Origin: Ostreococcus lucimarinus
Taxonomy: Eukaryota
NCBI GenBank assembly: GCA_000092065.1
Contig: CP000589.1
Length of the DNA: 64,000 nt
Direction: 5' to 3' (one strand)
In this document: positions 47,294 through 58,428 of the stretch, in pieces
How the letters are laid out: the number at the start of each line of letters is the position of its first letter
Position numbering within the stretch: position 1 is the first letter of the stretch
The notes under the pieces: generated by a model
Told to the model about the DNA's origin: nothing
Databases searched by the model: none
Seen by the model: only the letters and a program-made list of their open reading frames with translations
Program-made: the position numbers and the translations under genes

Positions 47294-50200
47294 ATGACGG
47301 GCGTGAACGCGGCGACGTTCGAGGCGTGGGTGACGGATCGAGACGGGAAGGCGCTCGCGAGCGCGGGCGGCGTCGACGCGATCGCGGCGGCGCTCGGATG
47401 CGATCTGAAGCGCGGTCTGTGCGATCGCGCGTGGGCGTCGGAGGAGCGAAAGGAGAGCTACGGGGTGAATGAGTTCGAATATCCGCCGCCGAAGTCGTTC
47501 TGGGAGCTGTGTAAGGACGCGCTCGGGGACCTGACGGTGCGGATCCTGATCGCGGCGAGCGTGGTGTCGCTCGCGGTGGGCGCGGGGATGAAGAGTCATC
47601 GCGAGGAGTACGGGTACTTGGAGGGGATCGCGATCGTACTCGTCGTTTTCGTCGTCGTGTTCTTGCAAGCGTTCATCGATTACGCCAAGGAGATGAAGTT
47701 TCGACAGTTGAACTCGGTCAAGGATAATTATCAAGTCAAAGTGCATCGCGACGGGAAGAGCGTGGCGGTGCCGGCGGGTGAAATCATGGTCGGTGATTTG
47801 GTGGAGCTCGCGGCGGGGGATAAAGTTCCGGCCGACGCTCTGTTCGTCGAGGGCTCTAAATTTAAGGCGAACGAGGCGGCGATGACGGGCGAACCCATCG
47901 ACATTTCCAAGTCGCGCGAAAAAGACCCTTGGGTGCTTTCGGGGACGTCCATCTCCGAGGGATCGGGTAAGGCGTTGATCATTGCCGTCGGCTCAAGATC
48001 GCAATGGGGCGTCATCCTGAAGACGTTGATCGTCGAACCGAGCGATACGCCGCTTCAGGAGCGGCTCGAGCGACTCGTCCTCCTCATCGGTAACTTCGGC
48101 ATCGGCGCCGCTGTGCTGACTTTCCTCGCGAGCATGATTCGCTGGATCGCCGACAGCGCCAAGAGTGGAAAATGGGACGGTACGCTCGTCCTCGAGTTTC
48201 TCATCAACGCCGTGACGATCGTCGTGGTCGCGATTCCGGAGGGTTTGCCTCTTGCAATTACTCTCGGCTTGGCGTTCGCCATGCGAAAAATGATGGCGGA
48301 CCAGAATCTCGTGCGTCGCTTGGAGGCGTGTGAAACCATGGGAAGCGCCACGCAGCTCAACGCAGACAAAACCGGTACGTTGACACAGAACAGGATGACG
48401 GTCACCGCGTGCTGGCTCGGCGGCAAAGTTTGCGAGCAAGTTCCGCCACCGAGCGTGAGCGAAACCTTCTCGGACACGCTCTGCCAATCCATGGCGGTTA
48501 ACTCTGACGCCAACTTGAGCTACAAAGATAACGGCACGGTGGAACACCTCGGCAGTAAAACTGAGTGTGCCTTGCTTCAGCTCGTCGAGCAGATGCAGCC
48601 GCCTACCGACGACACGCAGACGTACATTAAGCTTCGCGAAAAGTTTCCCGTTGCGCAACTGTACCATTTTACTTCGGCGCGTAAGCGTATGTCCACCGCC
48701 ATTTCGAATGGCTCGGGCACGCGTTTGCACGTCAAGGGTGCGTCTGAGATTGTCGTCAAGCTGTGTACGAAGATGATGGGCGCGGATGGCAAGGTTTCGT
48801 CTCTCACAACGCCCATGCTCAAGGAGGCAGAGGCGGCGATTGAAGCCTTTGCGCGTCAAGGTTTGCGCACGCTGTGCATCGCGTACACCGATCTCGGGAA
48901 GTCACCGAGTAGTCTCGGTGAAACGCCGCCGGAGAGCGATCTCACGTTGCTCGGAATCATGGGCATCAAGGATCCGATTCGCCCCGAAACTGCCGAAGCG
49001 GTGCGCTTGCTACGCGGCGCGGGCGTGACGGTCCGTATGGTCACCGGCGATAACGCCATCACCGCCGAAGCTATCGCGCGAGAGGCAGGTATTCTCGAAG
49101 ATGGCGATGATGGTCTCGTGCTTGAGGGTCCAGATTTCCGTAAGATGTCTGATGCGGAGAAGGAAGCCATCGCCATGCGCATTCGCGTCCTCGCGCGTTC
49201 CTCGCCGTCTGACAAGTTGGTTCTGTGCAACTTGCAAAGAAAACTCGGTGAGGTGGTCGCCGTGACGGGGGACGGTACCAACGACGCTCCGGCACTCAAA
49301 GATGCGGACGTCGGGTTCGCCCTCGGCATCGCTGGCACCGAAATTGCGAAGGAGGCGTGCGACATTGTCATTCTCGATGACAACATCAAGTCCATGGCCA
49401 AGGCCGTGCTTTGGGGTCGTAACGTCTACCAATCGATTCGCAAATTTTTGCAGTTTCAACTCGTCGTCAACGTCGTGGCGGTCAGCTTGAACTTGATCGC
49501 CGCCATCGCGGGCATCAAAGAGCTGCCGCTCGCTGCGGTTCCATTGCTATGGGTGAACATGATCATGGACTCGATGGGCGCCCTCGCGCTCGCCACGGAG
49601 CCTCCGTCACCGGAGCTCATGAAGCGTAAGCCTTTCGGGCGCACGGCGCCTCTCATCAATAAACACATGTGGCGCAACATCATCGGCGTGTCCGTGTATC
49701 AATTGACCGTGTGCATGGTTTTCATGTTCGACGGGAAGAGGCTCCTCGACATTCCGTGCAAGTACGTCGCGGCGTCGGGATCAGTGGCGGCGCACTACGA
49801 TTGCCATCATCAAACGTTGGAGCTGAATGGTTTCATATTCAACGCATTTGTCTTCATGCAAGTGTTTTCTGAAATCAATTCTCGACGCATCGCCGATGTG
49901 AATGTCTTCGCGAACATTCACAACTCGCCCATTTTCTGCGGCATCATCGCGCTCACCGTCGGTGTGCAAGTGCTCTTCATTCAAGCCGTCGGCGGCACCG
50001 TAGTTGGTCCGGCGATCGGATTTGTTGAGCAAAACACAAAGGAGTGGATCACCGCGATCATTCTCGGTGTCATCATCCTCCCCGTGGGCGTAGTCACGAG
50101 ACTGTTACCCTTGAAATGGTTCCCCGGGATCACGGATGAAGAGAGCAACGCGCGCGCCATGGCGGAAGGCCACGCTCGTGTGGCTGCGGCGCAAGCCAGA

Positions 50201-50449
50201 GTGACGAGCGAAGCCAAGGACGTCGCCATCAGCATGCCATCCATGGACCGCCGTGCGTCCATGGAGCGACGTGGTTTGGCCGGTATCACCGAAAAAGTCG
50301 TCGGCTCGCGTTTGAGCTCTCGTCAAAGTCGTCTCTCCGACGTCTCGGATTCGAGCGCGCCCATTCGACGAGAAAAGTCATTTAAAGTCTTCGCGCACGC
50401 CGTCATCGCGGCGAACAGGCTTCAGCAAAAGCCCGGCGCCAGCAAGTAA
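47294..50449 (+). CDS. plasma-membrane-type Ca2+-transporting P-type ATPase (P2B, PMCA/ACA-like)
   Basis: Phosphorylation motif DKTGTLTQN, plus TGES, KGASE, the hinge VTGDGTNDAPALKDADVGFALG, and the 10-TM layout. Track ORF begins at GTG 46487 through Arg-rich junk; start set to ATG 47294 (MTGVNAATFEAW), which is in frame with the track ORF. Confidence 0.9.
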   Translation: MTGVNAATFEAWVTDRDGKALASAGGVDAIAAALGCDLKRGLCDRAWASEERKESYGVNEFEYPPPKSFWELCKDALGDLTVRILIAASVVSLAVGAGMKSHREEYGYLEGIAIVLVVFVVVFLQAFIDYAKEMKFRQLNSVKDNYQVKVHRDGKSVAVPAGEIMVGDLVELAAGDKVPADALFVEGSKFKANEAAMTGEPIDISKSREKDPWVLSGTSISEGSGKALIIAVGSRSQWGVILKTLIVEPSDTPLQERLERLVLLIGNFGIGAAVLTFLASMIRWIADSAKSGKWDGTLVLEFLINAVTIVVVAIPEGLPLAITLGLAFAMRKMMADQNLVRRLEACETMGSATQLNADKTGTLTQNRMTVTACWLGGKVCEQVPPPSVSETFSDTLCQSMAVNSDANLSYKDNGTVEHLGSKTECALLQLVEQMQPPTDDTQTYIKLREKFPVAQLYHFTSARKRMSTAISNGSGTRLHVKGASEIVVKLCTKMMGADGKVSSLTTPMLKEAEAAIEAFARQGLRTLCIAYTDLGKSPSSLGETPPESDLTLLGIMGIKDPIRPETAEAVRLLRGAGVTVRMVTGDNAITAEAIAREAGILEDGDDGLVLEGPDFRKMSDAEKEAIAMRIRVLARSSPSDKLVLCNLQRKLGEVVAVTGDGTNDAPALKDADVGFALGIAGTEIAKEACDIVILDDNIKSMAKAVLWGRNVYQSIRKFLQFQLVVNVVAVSLNLIAAIAGIKELPLAAVPLLWVNMIMDSMGALALATEPPSPELMKRKPFGRTAPLINKHMWRNIIGVSVYQLTVCMVFMFDGKRLLDIPCKYVAASGSVAAHYDCHHQTLELNGFIFNAFVFMQVFSEINSRRIADVNVFANIHNSPIFCGIIALTVGVQVLFIQAVGGTVVGPAIGFVEQNTKEWITAIILGVIILPVGVVTRLLPLKWFPGITDEESNARAMAEGHARVAAAQARVTSEAKDVAISMPSMDRRASMERRGLAGITEKVVGSRLSSRQSRLSDVSDSSAPIRREKSFKVFAHAVIAANRLQQKPGASK

Positions 50450-50596
50450 TCACTCCTTCTTGAGTTTCGTGTTCTAGTACATCAGTCAATTTTTATACCA
50501 CGCAATTTCCAGTCCGAGCTCTCGCGTCTCTGACGACAACTGTTTCCGCCCAACCGTCTGTTTCTGATTCCCGCATTCCGAGGCGGGCGACGCGGC

Positions 50597-52120
50597 ATGC
50601 GCGTCCCCGCGCGCGATGGGATCAAGCGCGTAATCATCATCGCCTTCTTCTTCGCCGCATCCGCCGTGGAATTCGGCACGTATCCCGTCGCGTCCGTCGT
50701 CGAGTTTCGCGTGCAGGCGCCCAGATTTCCGACGAGTTCGCACCGGAAAAGCTTTCTGAGCGCGCGCGCGCGCGAGCGAGCCACCGCGACGGCATCCGCG
50801 ACGCGATTCGGAGAAGCGTTCGGGTATTCGTGGACCGTAGAGGCGCGTACGCGCGAGACGGACGGTCGGAATGAGGTGGAGGTACGGGCGGCGAGAACGC
50901 GAGGACTCGGGCTGACGTCGACGCGAATGTTCGCGTTCACGGTCGTGACGCGCACGGGAGTATCTGCGCAAAGCATGCGAGATAGACTTGTCGGGACGAG
51001 CGGGCGCGAATTGCCGACGTCGGCGCACATTGAGCAGTCGCTGGTGGAGTCGACGCTGTCGACGGCGGAGTTGACGAAGATCCCGGGGGCGTCTGGGGAA
51101 CATGGCGATGTAGACCTCGTGATACGCGTGCGTTTGTGGAGTAATCCGTTTCACGTGGTGTTCAAGGACGAGGTGTACGATGTGGCGACGATTTTGGGGT
51201 TGACGACGTACGCCAGCGTGTTAATTTTACGCGGGCTGTCTGAGTTGCGAGACGAACGCGAGAGGCGCCGAGCGGCGAGGAAAGTTCGATTGATGCGTTC
51301 GGAGATTGCGCAATTAGAATCAGTGGCGAACGAAAAGGCGGACAAGCTGCGCATCTTGTCGGCTATTGCACGAGTCCCATTTGTCGCGGTGTTTGAGACG
51401 GTTCAAATTCCAATGAGAGTCGTCGACTGGACCGCGTCTGCCATCTCTGACATTCTCATCGAGACGGCAAATTTGGTGCTGATTGTCATCTTACTTTTGA
51501 TGCCCCCGTCGCGCGAAAACGCGCCGATGGCTTCAAGCGAGAATCACGCGAAGCAGGCGACGGGTTCGAAGCATAATCGAAAACATCGTCAAAGACCGCC
51601 GCGCTCGCCGAAACGCAGAAGTGAACTCGACCCCAAGAGCGAGCACGCTCGTAAAGAGTCGATGGACATATTACTGAAACGTTTCGTCATTGCCGAGGAA
51701 GACATGGACGAGGAACGTCAGCGCGCGGCGAAAGATGCGATCGGTCATGCCCAGGCGCAGATGCGCGCGAAAATGAAGCGCGATCGAATCACCGACATGC
51801 GGCTGAGAGATTCAAAGCAGCGTGAAGGTGAAGATTTCGCGGCGGAACTTTTCGCCAATGTCCCAGGCTTATCCGTAGGCACGCGCGACATGAGACCAAT
51901 GTCGTCATCTTCATCGGACACGCACGAGCGCCAGGCGAGCTGGGAGCTGCACAATCGTCAAAAAAGCTTAATTCACCACATGCTGCAAGAAATCGACGGT
52001 TTGGAACTGCCGCCGGATTCCAAAACAACCGTACCGATCGAAGAACCGGTGACGCCGAAGAGCTCGCACACCAAAAATCCAAGCTTTGCTCGCGTATGGA
52101 ATGCCCCGACGGGGTTCTAG
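50597..52120 (+). CDS. hypothetical membrane protein (lineage-specific)
   Basis: 507-aa ORF with moderate-GC coding composition. Signal/TM-like N-terminus (VIIIAFFFAASAV), an internal TM (LVLIVILLLM), and a basic C-terminal region. No family recognised. Confidence 0.4.
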   Translation: MRVPARDGIKRVIIIAFFFAASAVEFGTYPVASVVEFRVQAPRFPTSSHRKSFLSARARERATATASATRFGEAFGYSWTVEARTRETDGRNEVEVRAARTRGLGLTSTRMFAFTVVTRTGVSAQSMRDRLVGTSGRELPTSAHIEQSLVESTLSTAELTKIPGASGEHGDVDLVIRVRLWSNPFHVVFKDEVYDVATILGLTTYASVLILRGLSELRDERERRRAARKVRLMRSEIAQLESVANEKADKLRILSAIARVPFVAVFETVQIPMRVVDWTASAISDILIETANLVLIVILLLMPPSRENAPMASSENHAKQATGSKHNRKHRQRPPRSPKRRSELDPKSEHARKESMDILLKRFVIAEEDMDEERQRAAKDAIGHAQAQMRAKMKRDRITDMRLRDSKQREGEDFAAELFANVPGLSVGTRDMRPMSSSSSDTHERQASWELHNRQKSLIHHMLQEIDGLELPPDSKTTVPIEEPVTPKSSHTKNPSFARVWNAPTGF

Positions 52121-52232
52121 CCGCCTACCGGCGCATGTATTCTATCATTTATTTCTTGTCATTTTTTCCATGCCCGACATCTCGCCCGACGTGTGCCTCC
52201 CCGCGCTCCGGCGGCACTCATCCTCGCGCGAC

Positions 52233-53246
52233 ATGAGACTTCGCGTGCGCACGCCCGACGGGGCGCAGCACGTTATCGACGCCGACGACGATTGCACGTG
52301 CGGTGCGCTCAAACGCGTCATTCAAGACGCCACCGGCGTCGAAACGCGCGCGCAAAAGTGGAAACTCGGTTTCCCACCGGTCGACGTTGACGTGGACGAT
52401 GAAGCCGCGTTGTGCGCATCGTTGGGCGTACGCGGAGGCGAGACGCTCGCCGTGACGGCGATTGCACTCGAAGACGCGGCGGTGGCGAGTTCTGACGCGA
52501 TGGCGGCGGCGCCGACGACGTACGCGAGCATGGCAAACATGGACGAAGACGAGGCGTTCGCGCGAGCGCTGGCGATGAGCATGAACGAAGGAGTCGACGG
52601 CATCTCGACGTCTACGAGTGATTTCATACGACTGGAGGACATGCACGCAATCAGGCGAGTGATCGCGAGTGACAATAGCTGTTTATTCAACGCCGTCGGG
52701 TACTGTTGCGAGAAGTCTCTTCGCGAGTCGACTCGGCTGAGGAAAGTCATCGTGGACGCCATACGCGCCGATCCGGCGACGTTCGACGAGGCGTTTTTAG
52801 GAAAAGCCCCGACGGAATACGCAGACTGGATTTCCAAGCCGAACAGTTGGGGTGGCCAAGTGGAGCTGTTCATTCTCGCCAAGGCGTTGCGCGTGGAAAT
52901 CGCGGCGTACGACATTCAAACCGAACGCTGCGACGTCTACGGCCAAGACGCCGACTACGAAGACCGTATCATGGTCATTTACGACGGTTTACACTACGAT
53001 TCCATCGTGTTAAACCCATCTTCCATCGGTGCTGACGTCGAGAAAGACGTTTCCCGCGTCCCCGCGTCGACGCCCGCGCTCGCCTCCGTCGCCGCTCTCG
53101 TCCGCTCGCAGCACGCAGCCAAAAAGTTCACCGACACCGCCAATTTCTCTCTCCGCTGTCTCGTCTGCCAGAAAGGTCTCACCGGCCAAGCCGAGGCCGT
53201 GGCGCACGCGAAATCAACCGGGCACGCCAACTTCGGCGAGTATTAA
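52233..53246 (+). CDS. OTU1: OTU-domain ubiquitin thioesterase (OTU1/YOD1-like) with N-terminal UBX-like fold and C-terminal C2H2 zinc finger
   Basis: Catalytic Cys-box IASDNSCLFNAV, NSWGGQVELFILAKAL, His-box GLHYDSI, and a C-terminal zinc finger CLVCQKGLTGQAEAVAHAKSTGH. Start set to ATG 52233 (MRLRVRTPDG, like yeast MKLKVT); track ORF starts at 52086. Confidence 0.8.
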   Translation: MRLRVRTPDGAQHVIDADDDCTCGALKRVIQDATGVETRAQKWKLGFPPVDVDVDDEAALCASLGVRGGETLAVTAIALEDAAVASSDAMAAAPTTYASMANMDEDEAFARALAMSMNEGVDGISTSTSDFIRLEDMHAIRRVIASDNSCLFNAVGYCCEKSLRESTRLRKVIVDAIRADPATFDEAFLGKAPTEYADWISKPNSWGGQVELFILAKALRVEIAAYDIQTERCDVYGQDADYEDRIMVIYDGLHYDSIVLNPSSIGADVEKDVSRVPASTPALASVAALVRSQHAAKKFTDTANFSLRCLVCQKGLTGQAEAVAHAKSTGHANFGEY

Positions 53247-53573
53247 CCGCGTCGCCTCTTCACGTATGCCTTTCAGTGCGATGTCAATTAGAGCGGTTTT
53301 TGAAATTCTTTTCTTCTGTCCTTCGCGTCGCCATTCGCCGCCGCGCGAACGCCGAACCGCACACGTCCGCGCCTTCGCGCCGACGCACGCGCACCGTCAC
53401 CGCGCATCGCGCGCTCCACCGGCGCGCGCGAGCGTCCGCGCGATTCCGCGACGCGCGCGATCGATCTCCCGCCGAGCGACAGGTTGCAGATTTGAAAATC
53501 GCGCGCGCGAAAACGCACGGCGACGCGACGACGCGGGACGCGGGCGACGTCGTAGAGCGAAGACACCGCGCGG

Positions 53574-56500
53574 TTGAACGCGCCGAGCGCGATGCACATC
53601 AAACAAGTGATCGTCGAAGGGTTTAAAACCTACCGCGAACAGACGGTGGTGGATTTCGACGACGGGTTGAATTGCATCGTCGGCGCCAACGGGTCGGGAA
53701 AATCAAACTTGTTTCACGCGATTCGGTTCGTGCTGAGCGATGTGTTCGGGAATTTGCGAGCCGAAGAGAGACAGAGACTGTTGCACGAGGGAGCGGGGCA
53801 CGCGGTGATGTCGGCGTACGTGGAGATTGTGTTCGATAACGCCGACGGACGCTTGCCGGTGGAGCGGGAGGAGGTGCGCCTGCGAAGAAATATTGGTTTG
53901 AAGAAGGATGAATATTATCTCGACAAGAAGCACGTGACGCGCGCTGAAGTGGTTAACTTACTCGAGAGCGCTGGTTTCAGCCGAACGAACCCTTATTACG
54001 TCGTACAACAAGGGAAAATTATGAAGATGGCGACGATGCAAGACGAGGAGCGTTTGGACTTATTGAAGGAGATCGGGGGCACGAGCGTCTTCGAGGCGAA
54101 GCGCAAAGAGTCCCTTAAGGGCTTGGACGAGACTAAATCGAAGCGAGAACAAGTGCAAGAGACCGTTGAGTTCATCGAAAGCCGTCTGGCGGAGCTCGAT
54201 GAGGAGAAAGACGAGTTGCAAAAGTATACCGACTTGGACAAGACGCGACGGTCTTTGGAGTACACCATTTACGAGCAAGACTTGAGTGATGCGAGAAGCA
54301 AATTGGATGAGATTGAGCAACAACGAAGCGCGACGAACGAGTCGAGCCGCGTGGATGACGACAAAATGAACACGATGAGTGAAAACTTGCGCACGCATGA
54401 AAAGGAGCTCAAGGATAGCTCGCGCGCCGCCGCGCAACTGAAGCGCGAGCTCACGACGGCGGAGGAAGAGTTGCGCGGCATCGTCGCCCGACGAACCACC
54501 GCTGAGCTGGACGTGAAAGATTTGCGCGAAACGATTCAAACCGGCGAAGAGTCGTTGGCCGGTATCGCAGGTCAAAAGACGGATGTCGAAAAGGCGACGT
54601 TGGAGACGCAAAAGAAGCTCGACGCTGTGCGTGAAAAGTATAACGCCGAAGTTGCCGTGGAAGAAGCCAAGGATCGTGAAATCGCCGAGATCGAACGTCG
54701 CTCACAAAGCTTGTACCAAAAGCAAGGTCGCAGCGAACGTTTTAAGACGAAGGGTGAACGCGATACGTGGTTGAAGAGCCAAATCAAAGACGCCACCGCG
54801 ACGAAGAAACAAAAGACGAAGGAGGTGGAGACGCTCGAAAATGACTTGAAGGAAATTCGCGCCACGCAATCCAGTGACGAGAAGGACCGCGCTTCCATGG
54901 AAGCCGAACTCATCGTTGAAGAAGAAAAGTTGGCGGATTTCGAGGCGCAGTACAAGAAGGCGATGACGGAGCGAAACGAGGCCCAGAACGCTCGCAAGGA
55001 TCTTCAGCGCAAAGACAACGAGGTCGACAACTCGCTGGCGTCTTGCGAAGAGGAAGTGAAGAAGCGAGACAAGCAGCTCGAGTTTTCTATGCCTCGTGAC
55101 CTTCAACGTGGTATGGCTGCCGTTCAGCGTATCGTCAAGGAACACAACATCGAAGGCGTGCACGGCCCTCTCATCGAGCTCATGGAGACTGACGAGCGAT
55201 TTCACAGCGCTATCGAAGCCAGCGCGGGTAATCAGCTCTTTCACATCGTCGTCGATCATGATGAGATTGGTAGTCGAGTCATCGAGTTCTTGAACAAAGA
55301 GAAAGGTGGTCGTGTTACGTTTTTGCCGCTCAATCGCATGAACCCACCGAACGTTACATACCCCGAAGGCAGTGATGCCTTTCCTCTTCTCTCAAAGCTC
55401 AAGTACGACGCAAAATTTGACGCCGCGTTCAAGCAAGTCTTTGCGCGTGTTTTGATTTGTCGGAACATTGACGTCGCCGTTTCCAAGGCGCTTTCTTCGC
55501 AACTCAACTGTGTCACCATGGATGGGGACACCGTGAGCAACAAAGGTTCCATGAGTGGTGGTTACCAAGACACGAGCCGAAGCCGAATCGCCGCCATGAC
55601 GGCGCTGCGCGAATTGAACGTTAACCGTGATGATCTCAAAGAAACCAGCGCTGGCGTGAAAAAGTCTCTCCAAGCTGCGGAACAAAAGATGTCAGCCGTT
55701 CTCGGTGATATCAGTCGACTCGAGTCGCAAAGACGTCACAGTGCTCAGCGTGTGGATCGATTAAAGCATGAGTTGCGCTTCTACGGAGACACGGGCACGC
55801 GAGCCAGCTCTCTTCTTGAACAGACGGAAAAGAGCATCGCCGTTATGCGAGCTGATATCGAACAAGTGGACACACACATCGCCGATCTGACTAGTGAGAT
55901 CGGTTCGAGTCTGGACGCAACCTTGAGTCAAGCTGAAGTTCAAGAGCTTGAAAAGCTCACCTCTCACGCGACGACGCTCAAGCAAGAAAAAGTCACCATC
56001 GCCGCTCGCCGACTCGACGTGTACACGCAGTTGAGCGAACTCCAGACGGCTCTCGAAACCAACCTGAACCGCCGTGCGAAACGCATCGCCCTGACGTCTG
56101 GCGAACTTGACATCAACAGCTTACGCGCCGAGCTCGCCAAGCTCGAAGGTCAGTTGAAGACGGTGCAAAACGACGAAGCCATCGTGCGTAAAAACTACGA
56201 CGGCATCGCGGAAAAGCTTCGAACGGTGCAAGCGAATATTGAAGCGGCGAATACAGAGATTGAAAAGCTTCGAGCGTTCAAAGAGTCGATGAGCTCGTCT
56301 TTAGGCGAACGTGAAAAGGTCATGGAAACTCTCATGTCCAAGGCTGCGACGCTGTCGCAAAAGCGCGAAGCACTTCAGAAGAAGATTCGAGAACTCGGCT
56401 CGCTTCCATCCGACGCCTTCGACCGTTACCGCGGTGAGTCGCTCAAATCCCTGCACAAGCTGTTGAGCAAAACGAACAACCAGCTGTCCAAGCTCGGTCA

Positions 56501-57221
56501 CGTTAACAAGAAAGCGCTCGACCAATACCAGCAGTTTACCGAACAGCGAGAAGAGCTCGAGAAGCGTCGTTCCGAAATTAACAAGGCGTTTGACAGCATC
56601 ACTCAACTCATCGATCATTTAGATCACAAGAAGGATGAAGCGATCGAACGTACTTTCAAACAGGTCAGCATGAATTTCAAGGACGTCTTCCATCGACTCG
56701 TCCCCGGTGGCCGCGGTGAACTCGTCATGCAACGCAAGCGCGCGGCGAACCGGGACCCGGAGGAAGAGGGCGAACCGGCGGCTAATCCGACCACGTTCAG
56801 CGAGAAGTATAGCGGCGTGAAGATCAAGGTGAGCTTCGGACAAGGTGAAACTATGCAGATGAAGCAGTTGTCTGGCGGGCAAAAGACTGTCGTCGCTGTT
56901 GCGCTCATCTTTGCCATTCAACGCTGCGATCCGATGCCGTTTTACCTCTTCGACGAAATCGACGCCGCGCTCGACCCGCAGTACCGCACCGCCGTGGCGC
57001 ACATGGTCAAAGGTCAGGCGAACAATAAGACGCAATTCATCGCCACGACTTTCCGTCCAGAAATCGTGAAAGAAGCGACTTGCATTCAAGGCGTGTCTCA
57101 CTCTCACAAGGTGTCCACAGTTCAAAAGGTCGCCTTGGAGGAAGCTCTCCAATTTGTTGGCGAAGACACCGCGCAAGTGCAACAAGTCGCTCCGACCGAA
57201 CGCGGTCCCCCGACGCCGTAG
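53574..57221 (+). CDS. SMC3: structural maintenance of chromosomes protein 3 (cohesin SMC3)
   Basis: N-terminus MHIKQVIVEGFKTYREQTVVDFDDGLNCIVGANGSGKSNLFHAIRFVLSD is near-identical in pattern to SMC3 (MYIKQVIIQGFRSYRDQT...). Long coiled coils, a hinge (GVHGPLIELME), and the C-terminal signature LSGGQKTVVAVALIFAIQRCDPMPFYLFDEIDAALD. 1215 aa without interruption. Confidence 0.9.
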   Translation: MNAPSAMHIKQVIVEGFKTYREQTVVDFDDGLNCIVGANGSGKSNLFHAIRFVLSDVFGNLRAEERQRLLHEGAGHAVMSAYVEIVFDNADGRLPVEREEVRLRRNIGLKKDEYYLDKKHVTRAEVVNLLESAGFSRTNPYYVVQQGKIMKMATMQDEERLDLLKEIGGTSVFEAKRKESLKGLDETKSKREQVQETVEFIESRLAELDEEKDELQKYTDLDKTRRSLEYTIYEQDLSDARSKLDEIEQQRSATNESSRVDDDKMNTMSENLRTHEKELKDSSRAAAQLKRELTTAEEELRGIVARRTTAELDVKDLRETIQTGEESLAGIAGQKTDVEKATLETQKKLDAVREKYNAEVAVEEAKDREIAEIERRSQSLYQKQGRSERFKTKGERDTWLKSQIKDATATKKQKTKEVETLENDLKEIRATQSSDEKDRASMEAELIVEEEKLADFEAQYKKAMTERNEAQNARKDLQRKDNEVDNSLASCEEEVKKRDKQLEFSMPRDLQRGMAAVQRIVKEHNIEGVHGPLIELMETDERFHSAIEASAGNQLFHIVVDHDEIGSRVIEFLNKEKGGRVTFLPLNRMNPPNVTYPEGSDAFPLLSKLKYDAKFDAAFKQVFARVLICRNIDVAVSKALSSQLNCVTMDGDTVSNKGSMSGGYQDTSRSRIAAMTALRELNVNRDDLKETSAGVKKSLQAAEQKMSAVLGDISRLESQRRHSAQRVDRLKHELRFYGDTGTRASSLLEQTEKSIAVMRADIEQVDTHIADLTSEIGSSLDATLSQAEVQELEKLTSHATTLKQEKVTIAARRLDVYTQLSELQTALETNLNRRAKRIALTSGELDINSLRAELAKLEGQLKTVQNDEAIVRKNYDGIAEKLRTVQANIEAANTEIEKLRAFKESMSSSLGEREKVMETLMSKAATLSQKREALQKKIRELGSLPSDAFDRYRGESLKSLHKLLSKTNNQLSKLGHVNKKALDQYQQFTEQREELEKRRSEINKAFDSITQLIDHLDHKKDEAIERTFKQVSMNFKDVFHRLVPGGRGELVMQRKRAANRDPEEEGEPAANPTTFSEKYSGVKIKVSFGQGETMQMKQLSGGQKTVVAVALIFAIQRCDPMPFYLFDEIDAALDPQYRTAVAHMVKGQANNKTQFIATTFRPEIVKEATCIQGVSHSHKVSTVQKVALEEALQFVGEDTAQVQQVAPTERGPPTP

Positions 57222-57328
57222 ATACGCACGTTAGAGAAACATTGATGCGAATGACTGTATAGATGAACCCATAGTGATACCAGTATAATGAGAAACTAAA
57301 CCATGTTACAAGTGAGCGCTACGTGATG

Positions 57329-58318
57329 CTAGTTGCTAATTTTGCTCGCTTGGAGTCGTTTTTTAATCGTGCAGTTCGCGATGAGCGCATCTAAGTCGTC
57401 CTTCCATCCCAGCATTGAGCACAGCTCGGCGACGCCGTCGTCGCACTGACCCAAGAACAACGCGTCACGATAATTTGTCGCCTCATCAAAGTCAAATCCC
57501 GTGCCCCGACCGAGCCCAGCCATCCGATATAATTTCGTGACGCGCGTGTTCTGCGCCTCGCCGCAACGTTCGAGATTAATCAAGAGCCTCGGTACGTGCT
57601 CCTTCGGCCTTTCGATCAAACCGGCGAACGGATGGACGACTAAACTCGTTCCGATGACGATGAGCAAGTCGCACACCTCGAAGTCTTTTTGCGCGCACTC
57701 GAAGAATCGACGCGGAAGATTTTCGCCAAAAAACACGATATCCGGCTTGACAAACTCGCCACATTTGGCGCACGTCATCGGCGTTCCCGCACGACACGCT
57801 CTCTCCACTTCGTAGATGTTGGCGTCGTGTCCATTCAAACACTTCGCGCTGTCGAAATTACCGTGTGCGGCGACGACTTTATCCTTCGGCAGCCCCGTGG
57901 CGCACTCCAACGAATCGATGTTTTGCGTAAAGCATCGCCGCAACAGCCCGCGGTCGTGCAACAGCTTAATGAAATAATGCGTCGGCGTCGGGGCGTAGAG
58001 CCCCGGATACAGATCCTTCGCGAGCTTATAAAACGCCTCGGGCTTCTCCCTAAAGTACCCAAGCTCGAAAATCGCCTGCGGATACGGCAAATCGTACTCG
58101 CCCAATCGCGCGTACAACCCGCGCTCGCTTCGAAAATCCGGTATCCCCGCGCTCACCGATATCCCCGCTCCCGTCATCACCACCACGTTTTTCACCCCGC
58201 CGCGCTCGATGTGCTTCGCGATCCCGCGAAGATCGAACGTTTCGAGCGCCGTCGCCGCCGCCGCCGCGCTCGACTCGCCGAGTCGCTCCGCCGCCAGGCG
58301 TTCCATGAGCTCCAGCAT
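57329..58318 (-). CDS. SIRT2: NAD-dependent protein deacetylase, sirtuin class I (SIRT2/Hst2-like)
   Basis: GAGISVSAGIPDFRS, QNIDSLE, the catalytic HGNFDSAKC, a Zn ribbon CAKCGEFVKPDIVFFGE, and LLIVIGTSLVVHPFA. Start set to ATG 58318 (MLELMERL). Track ORF continues to 58852 through an acidic, poly-Asp/Ser region whose coding status is unclear. Confidence 0.8.
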   Translation of the reverse strand: MLELMERLAAERLGESSAAAAATALETFDLRGIAKHIERGGVKNVVVMTGAGISVSAGIPDFRSERGLYARLGEYDLPYPQAIFELGYFREKPEAFYKLAKDLYPGLYAPTPTHYFIKLLHDRGLLRRCFTQNIDSLECATGLPKDKVVAAHGNFDSAKCLNGHDANIYEVERACRAGTPMTCAKCGEFVKPDIVFFGENLPRRFFECAQKDFEVCDLLIVIGTSLVVHPFAGLIERPKEHVPRLLINLERCGEAQNTRVTKLYRMAGLGRGTGFDFDEATNYRDALFLGQCDDGVAELCSMLGWKDDLDALIANCTIKKRLQASKISN

Positions 58319-58387
58319 CTCCGTCGACTCCCGACCGAACCCGTACCCCGACGACGACGACGACGACCCGCTCGACGATGTTTCCGA

Positions 58388-58393
<6 letters not shown>

Positions 58394-58427
<34 letters not shown>
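58394..58427. repeat. (GTC)11 trinucleotide tract
   Basis: gtcgtcgtcgtcgtcgtcgtcgtcgtcgtcgtcg; it encodes poly-Asp on the minus strand, in frame with the sirtuin ORF extension, and lies in the SIRT2/RPN7 divergent spacer. Confidence 0.8.
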
Positions 58428-58428
<1 letters not shown>
